A stretch of DNA of 64,000 bases, from positions 779 through 64,778 of IMG/VR virus record IMGVR_UViG_3300015063_000001; one strand, written 5' to 3'. Under the pieces are notes generated by a model. It was not told the origin of the DNA. It saw only the letters and a program-made list of their open reading frames with translations, and ran no database searches. Positions 25,145-33,865 of the stretch are shown here, in pieces. The translations under genes and the position numbers were made by a program. How positions within the stretch are numbered: the stretch's first letter is position 1; every line of letters starts with the position of its first letter. The DNA is from a virus.

Positions 25145-25885
25145 ATGAAAAAGGCGAAATACGAGAGCGGTATTCCTGGTGTGTATTGGGATAAGTCGCA
25201 CAACTCTTGGAGAGTTAATCTAGAGAGCGGCGGCAAGAAAACGTACCTAGGCCGCCGTAAGACTCTCGAAGAGGCGACAAAGTTAAGGTTGGATGCCGAG
25301 GTCGGTATCCTGCCAACGGATGAGGAAAAGAAGTCACGGCTTTTCGACAAGATGGCCCGCATAAGGATGCGAGCGGTTTGGAGAGAGGCGACGAATGGCG
25401 ATCACGGTTGGAAGTCGTTTGATGATTTTGTGATTAGCGTTGGCGATCGACCGAAAGTTGAGCGCCGGTTAGTTGCAAAGGACGAAAGCCGACCCATTGG
25501 GCCAGATAACTTCCAGTGGGTTCGACCGAGATACGACCATCAAACTAAGGAGGGTCGTAGCGAATACCAGAAGGCTCATAGGATGGCGAACCCTATGAGT
25601 TACCGAGACGGAGAATTTAGGAGACGGTTTGGTATAACTCTCGCTGACTACCAAGCCAAGTTTGTAGAGCAAAAGGGTGTGTGTGCAATCTGCAGTAAGC
25701 CAGAGAGTGGCACGAGAAACGGAGTTACTCGCTGGCTTTGTGTAGATCATAACCACGATACGGATGCGGTTCGTGGTTTGCTGTGCACCAACTGTAATGT
25801 CGCCGTCGGTATGATGTTCGAGAATCGGGATATCCTGCGGTCTGCGATTTCGTACTTAGAGAAGTGGGACTGTGTTGAAGCCTAA
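25145..25885 (+). CDS. endonuclease VII-family homing endonuclease with AP2-like N-terminus
   Basis: FGITLADY...QKGVCAICS...VDHNHDTDAVRGLLCTNCN. Confidence 0.9.
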   Translation: MKKAKYESGIPGVYWDKSHNSWRVNLESGGKKTYLGRRKTLEEATKLRLDAEVGILPTDEEKKSRLFDKMARIRMRAVWREATNGDHGWKSFDDFVISVGDRPKVERRLVAKDESRPIGPDNFQWVRPRYDHQTKEGRSEYQKAHRMANPMSYRDGEFRRRFGITLADYQAKFVEQKGVCAICSKPESGTRNGVTRWLCVDHNHDTDAVRGLLCTNCNVAVGMMFENRDILRSAISYLEKWDCVEA

Positions 25886-25930
25886 CCCCGGAGATCGGCG
25901 CGGGAAAACGCCGGATGAAAGGAAGCTAAA

Positions 25931-26878
25931 ATGGGTCTCAATTCCACGGCTGGTCAGAACGTCGCGAATCAGTTCGGAATGTCGCTTTTCGGCGTTGCCG
26001 GTATTGCGCCGTTCACTGGCAATTTCTTCTGGGTCGATGAGACCTATGGCTCCGATGGCAACACCGGTGGCCCGGAGGATCCGCTCAAGACTCTTGCGCA
26101 AGCCCACTCCAATTGCTTGGCCGGGAACAACGACGTTGTTTTCTTGAGCGGCACCGCTCACACGGCGGCGACAATCGCCTGGTCGAAGAACAACACCCAC
26201 CTGATCGCCCTTACGGCGCCGTCACAGAACAGCCGGGGGAGGATTTCCCAGACCGGCTCGACTGTGTTTTCGCCACTGGTCAATGTCACCGCGCAAGGCT
26301 GCATTTTCCGCGATCTCGGCACGTTCCACGGCTTTGCTGACGCCTCGACCCAGATCTGCTGGGTGGAAAACGGCGGCCGCAACTCGTACCAGAACGTTCA
26401 GTTCCTCGGCGGTGGCAATGCGACGGCGGCGGCGCAGGCCGGCATGCGGTCGCTTACCATCAACGGTGCTGGTGAGAACGATTTTATCGACTGCACCTTC
26501 GGTCTGGATACCGTCGTCCGCGCCACAAACGCCAATGCTACTCTTGAGTTCTTGGGCGGCGTGCAGCGCAACAAGTTCATCCGTCCTATTTTCCAGATGG
26601 ATAGCTCGCTCGCGACCAACGTTCACATCAAGGCTGCCGCGTCGGCGGTCGACCGCAGCCAGTATATGTATGATCCGATCTTCTCGAATGCCGTCGATAG
26701 CGGTGGCACAACTCTGAACGCGGCTATTCTCTGGGACGCGGCGGCTGGCGGCAATCTCATTATCGCCGGCAACGGCATTAGCGTCGGCGCTACGGCGATC
26801 GCTGTCGCTGGCCCGGTCTACGTTAACGGCGCGGTGCCGGTGGCGACGACCTCGAATATCGGCATCAAGGCAACCTGA
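25931..26878 (+). CDS. virion protein with probable right-handed beta-helix
   Basis: FWVDETYGSDGNTGGPEDPLKTLAQA...NDVVFL resembles pectate-lyase-like starts. Confidence 0.65.
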   Translation: MGLNSTAGQNVANQFGMSLFGVAGIAPFTGNFFWVDETYGSDGNTGGPEDPLKTLAQAHSNCLAGNNDVVFLSGTAHTAATIAWSKNNTHLIALTAPSQNSRGRISQTGSTVFSPLVNVTAQGCIFRDLGTFHGFADASTQICWVENGGRNSYQNVQFLGGGNATAAAQAGMRSLTINGAGENDFIDCTFGLDTVVRATNANATLEFLGGVQRNKFIRPIFQMDSSLATNVHIKAAASAVDRSQYMYDPIFSNAVDSGGTTLNAAILWDAAAGGNLIIAGNGISVGATAIAVAGPVYVNGAVPVATTSNIGIKAT

Positions 26879-26944
26879 TAACCTAATCGCGAGTAGGCAA
26901 ACTCTCGCGGCCGAGCCCACGGATCAGGGTGAAGGGAACTGAAT

Positions 26945-27235
26945 ATGTCGAGAGCGAGACACGCGAAGCGGGCCATGGGCGGCAAGGCGGTAGCCTACGC
27001 CGGCGGCGATTCCAACGTCATGAAGGAAGCCGAAGAGCGCAAGCGCGGCGGCAAAGTCAAAGTGGAAGGCGAGGGCGAAAAGGCCAAGGCCCGCCATGAT
27101 CGTCCGAAGCGCGCCAAGGGCGGGCGGGTGAAGGGTGCTGGGATTGGCGCGAATCTAACCCCGCTCTCGACGGCGGCTAAGATTCACGAAGTTACCAAAG
27201 GCGAAGAGCAGCCGGACGCCGACAAGGACGAGTAG
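26945..27235 (+). CDS. small basic protein with three basic-GG motifs
   Basis: KRAMGG, RKRGGKV, KRAKGGRV; SD AAGGGA. Confidence 0.75.
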   Translation: MSRARHAKRAMGGKAVAYAGGDSNVMKEAEERKRGGKVKVEGEGEKAKARHDRPKRAKGGRVKGAGIGANLTPLSTAAKIHEVTKGEEQPDADKDE

Positions 27236-27480
27236 TGGCGAGGCTCACCGCGAAGACACGAAACAGGCTCCCGGACTCCGCGTTCGCGGGGCCTGATCGT
27301 TCTTACCCGGTGAACAACGCCAGCCACGCCAGAAACGCCTTGGCTCGAGCGGCGCAGAATGCGTCTCCCGAGTTGGACGCCAAGATCAAAGCAAAGGTTC
27401 GCCGCCGGTTCCCTAATATCAAGGTCGAGGGCGAATCCTCAAAACCGCGGGCTGATCGGGCATCGCGCAAAAGGGACTGA
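27235..27480 (+). CDS. small conserved phage head protein
   Basis: LTAKTRNRLPDSAFAGPDRSYPVNNASHARNALAR, a recurrent phage motif. Confidence 0.75.
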   Translation: MARLTAKTRNRLPDSAFAGPDRSYPVNNASHARNALARAAQNASPELDAKIKAKVRRRFPNIKVEGESSKPRADRASRKRD

Positions 27481-27489
27481 GGTGCGCGC

Positions 27490-28155
27490 ATGGCCTTCCC
27501 AAAAGTCTTCACGAAGCAGCTAGCCGCCGCTTCCTCCAATTCCATAGCCCTCTCTCAATCGCCAGGCACAGCCAGTCTCACCCTTAACGGGGCTGCTGTT
27601 TCTGGCGGCGTGGCTACGATCGACGCCGCGACTGCCGCCAATTCCGCAGTCGGCCGACGTGTTATCATCACGTCAGGCGGCAACGATTCCGGCATCAATT
27701 GGACGGTTGTTGGGACGGGCCCATCTGGCTCGGCCATTAGCGACACCTTTGCCGGCAGCAACGGCGGTGCCGCGCAATCCAACCTAGACTTTGTGACGGT
27801 TTCGAGCATCACGCCGAGTGCGGCTGTGGCCACAACGGCTATTGCCGGGACCAATGGTGTCGGTTCCTCTCAATGGTGGCCGCTGAACTGGGATGTGACG
27901 TCGGTAATGAACGTCGGGTATGCGGTCGAGGTAGTTTCCGGGGCCGTGAACTTCACCATTCAGCACACCTACGACGACCCTAACAATCTTTTGGGCGGGT
28001 CTCTTTTCCCGCTTGCATTTAATAGCCCTGTTGTCGCCGCCGCGACCGCGAATGCGGATGGCATTTACACCGGTCCTATCGCCGCCATTCGCGTGCTGAT
28101 AAATTCCGGCGCCGGCGAAATCAGGGTTCGTGTTCTGCAATCTGGCATCGGGTGA
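27490..28155 (+). CDS. virion structural protein
   Basis: SD GAGG; Ala/Gly/Ser/Thr-rich beta protein. Confidence 0.75.
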   Translation: MAFPKVFTKQLAAASSNSIALSQSPGTASLTLNGAAVSGGVATIDAATAANSAVGRRVIITSGGNDSGINWTVVGTGPSGSAISDTFAGSNGGAAQSNLDFVTVSSITPSAAVATTAIAGTNGVGSSQWWPLNWDVTSVMNVGYAVEVVSGAVNFTIQHTYDDPNNLLGGSLFPLAFNSPVVAAATANADGIYTGPIAAIRVLINSGAGEIRVRVLQSGIG

Positions 28156-28159
28156 TTGA

Positions 28160-28498
28160 ATGTACTCATACCCGAATGTCTCGCTAGGTGCGGTCGGAAG
28201 CTCAGATGCAATTGTTCCGTACAGCACGCGCGGCGTCCAGATAGGCCAGTTGGTCGCACAGCCGATCACCGGGCTCGGCATGATCTGCAAGGTGTCGGCC
28301 GGGGCCTCTCTGACATACACCGTGCAGATCACCGGCGACGATCCAAACAACATTGTTAATTGGATCGACCACGATTTTCTGCGGAATTTGACGGCGAGTC
28401 AGTACGGACAAGTCATCTATCCGGTTTCTGCGATTAGGCTCAACGTGACGGTCTGGGCCAGCGGGACGGTCAACATGGGAACGGTGCAATGGCCTTAA
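28160..28498 (+). CDS. virion structural protein
   Basis: 112 aa; its C-terminal half resembles that of the previous protein (TYTVQ.T.DDPN...SAIRLNV). Confidence 0.7.
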   Translation: MYSYPNVSLGAVGSSDAIVPYSTRGVQIGQLVAQPITGLGMICKVSAGASLTYTVQITGDDPNNIVNWIDHDFLRNLTASQYGQVIYPVSAIRLNVTVWASGTVNMGTVQWP

Positions 28499-29643
28499 AA
28501 TCAATCGCTCGAATTTTGGTTGTTGCGATGGCGCTCAATTCTGCGGCCTACGGGCAATCGGCGCAGCCGGTTATCCCGCTAGTCGCGAACGCGGCGGTGA
28601 GTGCCACAAACCCAATGCCGGTGACGCCCATATCCGGCGGCACGGCACAAGACGTCAACATCACGAAAATTCTAGGTGCGGCACCGAGTCTGACTAACCC
28701 GCTGTTTGTGTCGCCGGCTACTGGCGCGACGTTCCCGGTCAGCGCGGCATCGCTGCCGCTGCCTGCCTTGGCTGCGACCTCCACGCTTCAAACTAGCGGC
28801 GCACAGAAAACCCAGATCGTTAACGGCTCCGGCAACGTCATTGGGGCCACGTCAAACGCCTTGGACGTGAATATCAAGTCTGGTTTTGGAACGACCATTG
28901 CCGTTACGCAATCCACTACGCCGTGGATCGTGGCTGGCGGCGGCACGGCTGGAACGGCGGCAACTGGCGTCGTGACCGTTCAAGGCATTGCGTCCATGAC
29001 GCCCTTGCTCGCCACGGCGACGTTGAACCAGGGCGGCACGGTTCTTAGCGCCACGAACGGGATTTTCAGCAACGTTCTGCAGGGCAATGCTGTGCTGTCA
29101 GCGACGAACGGGCTTTATTCAAACCTTGTGCAAGGCAACGTCGCTTTGTCGGCAACGAATGGCCTGTACTCAAATCTCTTGCAGGGCAACGCGGTCATAT
29201 CCGCAACCAACGGCCTGTACGGCAATATCCTGCAAGGCAACGCAGTTCTCTCGACGAGCAATCCGATTTTCATTACTGGCACTGGCACGGCTGGAAGCGC
29301 GGCGACGAACCCAATAACGGTGCAGGGCATCACCTCGATGACGCCGCTTTTGGTCACGCCGTCAAATCCTATAGGCATCACGCCGACAGATCGCACAATT
29401 ACATCGGCAACCGGATCGTCGCAAACCGTCGCCGCCTCAAATGCCTCCAGACATAGTTTGATTATCCAGAACACCGGCAACGCAAACTGCGGCATTAATC
29501 CAACCGGAGGCACAGCTTCTATCGGTGGGGCTGGTACTTTGACGCTGGTTCCGAACGGTAGTTATCAGCCTCGCATCCCAACACTAACCGCAATTACGGC
29601 GATTTGCACCGCAGGCCAACCGCTCTATGCAGAGGAAAACTAA
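28489..29643 (+). CDS. fibre-like protein with signal peptide and 17-aa repeats
   Basis: MALKSIARILVVAMALNSAAYG/Q; Thr/Gly/Asn-rich. Confidence 0.75.
   Translation: MALKSIARILVVAMALNSAAYGQSAQPVIPLVANAAVSATNPMPVTPISGGTAQDVNITKILGAAPSLTNPLFVSPATGATFPVSAASLPLPALAATSTLQTSGAQKTQIVNGSGNVIGATSNALDVNIKSGFGTTIAVTQSTTPWIVAGGGTAGTAATGVVTVQGIASMTPLLATATLNQGGTVLSATNGIFSNVLQGNAVLSATNGLYSNLVQGNVALSATNGLYSNLLQGNAVISATNGLYGNILQGNAVLSTSNPIFITGTGTAGSAATNPITVQGITSMTPLLVTPSNPIGITPTDRTITSATGSSQTVAASNASRHSLIIQNTGNANCGINPTGGTASIGGAGTLTLVPNGSYQPRIPTLTAITAICTAGQPLYAEEN
29029..29283 (+). repeat. five tandem 51-bp units (QGNAVLSATNGLYSNLL-like)
   Basis: Units start at 29029, 29080, 29131, 29182 and 29233. Confidence 0.9.
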
Positions 29644-29644
29644 C

Positions 29645-30283
29645 ATGCGTATTGCAGTAATCATTGCAACACTGCTTTGGTCGTCGCTTGCATTTGGGCA
29701 GGGGATTAATAATCCGTGCGGAAATACCGCAACGTCAACTGTTCCTGGCTGCGTCAAGCCTGACGGCACGACGATTACGAATACGGCGGGGGCGATCAGC
29801 GTCACCAATCCGGCAACTACCGTTGGTACGGCTACGGTTGGGCAAATTCCGGGGACGACAACCAATGACGATGCCGGGGTAGGAAAGGTAGGTGAATTTC
29901 TTTCCACCACAGTCACAAGTGGTTCGGCTGTCGCACTTACAAGCGGTGTGCCTATAACAATCGTAAGCAAAGCATTTACCGCAGGGGATTGGGATTTAAC
30001 TTGTGACCTATACTCTATTCCAGCCGCTTCTACCGTCGCGGGCACTTGGTATTCGAGTATTTCTTTGGTAACGAATACACTCGATGTCTCACCAGGAGCG
30101 CTTCAAACATATTTGGTAGGTTCTGCTGGCGCAACCCCCGCAGGGGGATATTTTACTATGCACATAGGCCCTTTTCGTGCGTCACTAAGCGGGACGACTA
30201 CTTATTACTGCGTAACGCAACAGGGTTTTTCAGTAAGCACTAGCTCCGCATACGGCATCATTCGTGGTCGTCGCGTTAGATAA
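29645..30283 (+). CDS. fibre/spike-like protein with signal peptide
   Basis: MRIAVIIATLLWSSLAFG/Q; GTTTNDDAGVGKVGEF and GIIRGRRVR* are typical of phage fibre C-terminal domains. Confidence 0.75.
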   Translation: MRIAVIIATLLWSSLAFGQGINNPCGNTATSTVPGCVKPDGTTITNTAGAISVTNPATTVGTATVGQIPGTTTNDDAGVGKVGEFLSTTVTSGSAVALTSGVPITIVSKAFTAGDWDLTCDLYSIPAASTVAGTWYSSISLVTNTLDVSPGALQTYLVGSAGATPAGGYFTMHIGPFRASLSGTTTYYCVTQQGFSVSTSSAYGIIRGRRVR

Positions 30284-30466
30284 TTTGAAAAATTATGAAT
30301 TATGGAAGTAGCGCGGCAATGGAAGTCGAAAATAAACCAGGCGAGATGAGGACCGGCGGATGTCCGCCACTTTGAATTTGTATGGCAACATCAGGAACGT
30401 AAGGTGATCGGGGTCTCAAGCACATATGGTTTTTTGCCGCCACACCAAGCGCCGCGCGCCGCGCCC

Positions 30467-31270
30467 ATGTGTGAGGCGGTTGTTTCTGTTGTTGTCTACA
30501 TGGCGACCAATCTTACAAATGGCAAAAAATATATAGGCGTCACTAAGACGACCTTAGAAAAGAGGTCTCAGCAACATTTTGCGAAGGCCGCCAACGGTAG
30601 CAAATATAAATTTCATTGCGCTATCAGAAAATACGGTCGCGGCTCTTTTAAGTTCGAGGTCTTACATACGTTGTATGATTATAGAGAAGCGCTCCAATGC
30701 GAGATAGAGACAATTGATTGCATAAAACCAGAATATAATTCTACCAAGGGCGGCGAGGGTGTTGTCGGGATGTTCATATCTGACGAACATCGACGCGCGG
30801 TGTCAGAGGCCAATATAGGAAACCGATATTGGGTTGGCAAAAAACATCGCCCAGAAAGCATTGAAAAAATGCGGCTAGCCCGTACTGGGACTGATGGATA
30901 TTGGAAGGGCAAAAAACGCCCACCCATCTCGGCTGAAACATCAGCCAAATTAAAGGAAAACCATCCTCGGTATTGGCTTGGTAAAAAAAGAGACAGGGCC
31001 ACTGTAGACAAAATGTTAGCAACTAGAGCCGGAACGCCAACGCACGAAAATAGCATAAAAGCCCTTATTGAAAACCATTCCGTTGGGGTAGATGCGTCTG
31101 CAAAGAAACGCAGAAAAGAAATTGTATGCCTAGACGACGGAATGATCTTTTCGTGCGCTAGAGAGGCGGCTCAGCACTATGGATTAAATTGGAGAAGTGT
31201 GCACAAGGCAATTCGTCATCCGCATAAATTGCACGGGCTGTCCTTTAGATACGAATTAGACAATGGCTAA
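30467..31270 (+). CDS. GIY-YIG homing endonuclease with NUMOD3 repeats
   Basis: VYMATNLTNGKKYIGVT...R..QH; KKHRPESIEKMR; start uncertain. Confidence 0.9.
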   Translation: MCEAVVSVVVYMATNLTNGKKYIGVTKTTLEKRSQQHFAKAANGSKYKFHCAIRKYGRGSFKFEVLHTLYDYREALQCEIETIDCIKPEYNSTKGGEGVVGMFISDEHRRAVSEANIGNRYWVGKKHRPESIEKMRLARTGTDGYWKGKKRPPISAETSAKLKENHPRYWLGKKRDRATVDKMLATRAGTPTHENSIKALIENHSVGVDASAKKRRKEIVCLDDGMIFSCAREAAQHYGLNWRSVHKAIRHPHKLHGLSFRYELDNG

Positions 31271-31946
31271 TACTAGCAACACATACAATTACAACCCGAT
31301 CCTCGGCAGTCTGTTTCTGACTGCGTTTTCGCGCATCCAGGTCAAGCGGACTGAACTGTCTCCGCAGCATATCGAGGACGCCAAGAACGAAGCCAACCTT
31401 CTCCAACAGTCGTGGCTCAATGACGGCCTGACACTTTGGACGGTCGATCTGCAGACAGTGCCTCTTGTCGCCGGTACCGCGACCTACAATGTCCCGACCA
31501 ATACCGTCATGGTGCTCGATCTCTATATCAGCATAAACGGCGGCTCCAACCGGCTCATCCTTCCGTTCTCGCGAACGGATTTCGCCTCGCTGGCAAACCC
31601 AACTCAGACTGGTTTCCCGACAAGCTTTTGGTTCGATCGCGTCGTCACTCCGACGCTGACTCTGTGGCCCGTGCCGGACGGCAACGCCACTTACGTCATG
31701 AACTACTACCGCTATCGGATTATGCAGGACGCCGTCGCCGCCAACGGCGGGCAGCCGGAGATCCCGTACCTTTGGGGTGATGCCTACGTCGCCGCCCTGG
31801 CACACCGTCTTTCGCGGAGCTACGCGCCGGCGCTCGAGGCAATCCGTAAAGCCGATGCGACCGAGGCTTATGCGCTGGCATCAAAGCAGGGGACAGAGAA
31901 CGTACCATTATACCTATCGTGCGGCCTTAGCGGTTATTATAGATGA
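31263..31946 (+). CDS. head-tail adaptor protein
   Basis: NEANLL...W.NDG.TLWT; G.P..FWFDR...LWPVPD; conserved podovirus position. Confidence 0.8.
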   Translation: MANTSNTYNYNPILGSLFLTAFSRIQVKRTELSPQHIEDAKNEANLLQQSWLNDGLTLWTVDLQTVPLVAGTATYNVPTNTVMVLDLYISINGGSNRLILPFSRTDFASLANPTQTGFPTSFWFDRVVTPTLTLWPVPDGNATYVMNYYRYRIMQDAVAANGGQPEIPYLWGDAYVAALAHRLSRSYAPALEAIRKADATEAYALASKQGTENVPLYLSCGLSGYYR

Positions 31947-32965
31947 AAACAGAAAAGTCATTCATCATTTACCTAGCGACGAACACCGTTAACGGAAAAC
32001 GGTACGTTGGCGCGACACGCAAAGGAATAGAGGGCCGGAGTCGGCAACATTTTAAGGATGCTCAGAGGAAGGGAAAGACACGTGATTGTCCTCGTTTCTA
32101 TGACGCCATTCGCAAGCATGGCCAAGATGCGTTTGAGTGGACAACATTGGCAACTCTGCCAACGTCAGAGGAAATGTACAAAGAGGAAGAGCGGCTAATC
32201 GCTTTGCTGAAACCAGAATACAATATTGCTTCCGGCGGTCTGGTCTTTATCTCTAAAGAAAAGCAAGCGCAGTTTTCTGCGTCCGGTGCGCAACGGAACA
32301 GTAAGCCTGTTATCTGTTTGAACGACGGATCCGTTTACCCAAGCGCGGCAGCGGCAGCGCTCGCCTATGGCATGGATAGGCACAACCTGGCCGATATCTG
32401 TAATAGAGAAAGTATTGCGAGGAACGGTCTATCGTTTTCTTTCATCATCGGGCCAATGACCGAGGCCGAGCGCGAGGTAATTTTCAGAGAACGGAAAGAA
32501 CGCAAGGCTGCGGCAGAATTAGCTAGAATAAAAAAGACAACCGGAACCATAAGCCGCCCCGTAACCGATCTGAATACTGGTGTGATATATACAAGCGCGA
32601 CAGCCGCCGATAGAGTTCTTAATCTTGTTGTTGGGACAGCGGAGGCTTGTTGCAGAAGGGGAAGAGCGACAAGGCGTGGTGAATGCTTTGCGTTCGGTCA
32701 ATTGTCCGAACCTGAAAGACTCCGCCTCTTGGCACTGGCAATAGAAAATAGGAGAGCCATCGATACTTCGTGGAAACAAAACCTTTCAAAGAGGCGCCGT
32801 CTCAGGCCAGCACAGCTGGTTAGATGTGACACTTATGGTATAACATTTAGCAGCGCTGAGGCCGCAGAAATTGAATATTGTATAGCGGCCAATTCAATCA
32901 GGGAGTCGTGCTCTGGTAGAGACACAATGGTTTTCGGTCTTAAGTTTTCATACGTGGAAGATTGA
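31943..32965 (+). CDS. GIY-YIG homing endonuclease with repeated NUMOD1/IENR1-like modules
   Basis: IYLATNTVNGKRYVGAT...R..QH; repeated PVICLNDG.VYPSA modules. Confidence 0.9.
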   Translation: MKTEKSFIIYLATNTVNGKRYVGATRKGIEGRSRQHFKDAQRKGKTRDCPRFYDAIRKHGQDAFEWTTLATLPTSEEMYKEEERLIALLKPEYNIASGGLVFISKEKQAQFSASGAQRNSKPVICLNDGSVYPSAAAAALAYGMDRHNLADICNRESIARNGLSFSFIIGPMTEAEREVIFRERKERKAAAELARIKKTTGTISRPVTDLNTGVIYTSATAADRVLNLVVGTAEACCRRGRATRRGECFAFGQLSEPERLRLLALAIENRRAIDTSWKQNLSKRRRLRPAQLVRCDTYGITFSSAEAAEIEYCIAANSIRESCSGRDTMVFGLKFSYVED

Positions 32966-32967
32966 GC

Positions 32968-33378
32968 ATGAGACCTCACGGAAAATACGCCAGAGTAAAT
33001 GACCACAATCCGGAAAACTTTGCGCAATGCGATCGGTGCGGATTCTGGCGTTCCGGATCGGATCTGATTTGGCAGATAGACTGGGCAGGGACGAGACTTT
33101 ATAACAAGCGCATATTGGTTTGCTCGGACCGCTGCTTCGACACGCCGCAAGAGCAGCTCCGATCGCTGGTTTTGCCTCCTGACCCCTTGCCTGTCCTAAA
33201 CGCGAGAGAACCTAACTTCGCTTACGAAGAGCAGACGGTTTTGATTGCTCAATTCGGTGGAACTGATAGTCTTGCCTCTCCGAATGCGCAGCCTCCTTGG
33301 GCGGCCGGTCCTCAGTTGATGTTGTGTGATCAAAGCGGAGAAATTCCGCTTGTGCTGCAATACCTGACATCATCGTGA
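32968..33378 (+). CDS. conserved zinc-binding morphogenesis-region protein
   Basis: AQCDRCGF...LVCSDRCFDTPQEQL. Confidence 0.8.
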   Translation: MRPHGKYARVNDHNPENFAQCDRCGFWRSGSDLIWQIDWAGTRLYNKRILVCSDRCFDTPQEQLRSLVLPPDPLPVLNAREPNFAYEEQTVLIAQFGGTDSLASPNAQPPWAAGPQLMLCDQSGEIPLVLQYLTSS

Positions 33379-33385
33379 GATTTGA

Positions 33386-33865
33386 ATGACCGTCCCTGTT
33401 GATGGCAGATTAACTAGTTTGGATCTACTGAACATTGCCTTGGCCGGCGATGAGGTGATGTACATTGTTTCGCCTGGGAATGCTGCGCAAGGCAATAGCT
33501 ATCGGGTAACAACGTCTGTTCTGGCTGCTTTCTTCGCCGCCTTCCCGGCCTTAAACACTACGATAATTACGGCCGGTGCAACGCTGGCGAGTCCGTATCA
33601 GGTCGAAACGACCGATACGCGGATATTGTTCAATAAGACGCTGAGCTCGGACAGTTACGCTGTGTTGCCGCTTTCTGGATCGATGGCGTCTCCTGGGGGG
33701 GTTTTGTTTAAGGACCTCAAGGGCGATGCCGGCACGCATCCGATAACGGTTACTTTTACCGGCGGTCAGTTGTGCGATGGTTTGTCGCAAGTGCAAATCG
33801 CAAGCGCCTATGGTTCCTTTACGATAAATCCGATTCCTGGAGGCAGCGGGTGGTTTCTTTCATGA
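33386..33865 (+). CDS. tail/fibre-associated protein
   Basis: 159 aa; beta-rich C-terminus (KDLKGDAGTHPITV). Confidence 0.75.
   Translation: MTVPVDGRLTSLDLLNIALAGDEVMYIVSPGNAAQGNSYRVTTSVLAAFFAAFPALNTTIITAGATLASPYQVETTDTRILFNKTLSSDSYAVLPLSGSMASPGGVLFKDLKGDAGTHPITVTFTGGQLCDGLSQVQIASAYGSFTINPIPGGSGWFLS

Noticed and set aside
30284-33000. Group I introns around the GIY-YIG genes
   Set aside because: The flanking genes are complete with their own starts and stops, and there is no room for an intron core. The HEGs appear free-standing.
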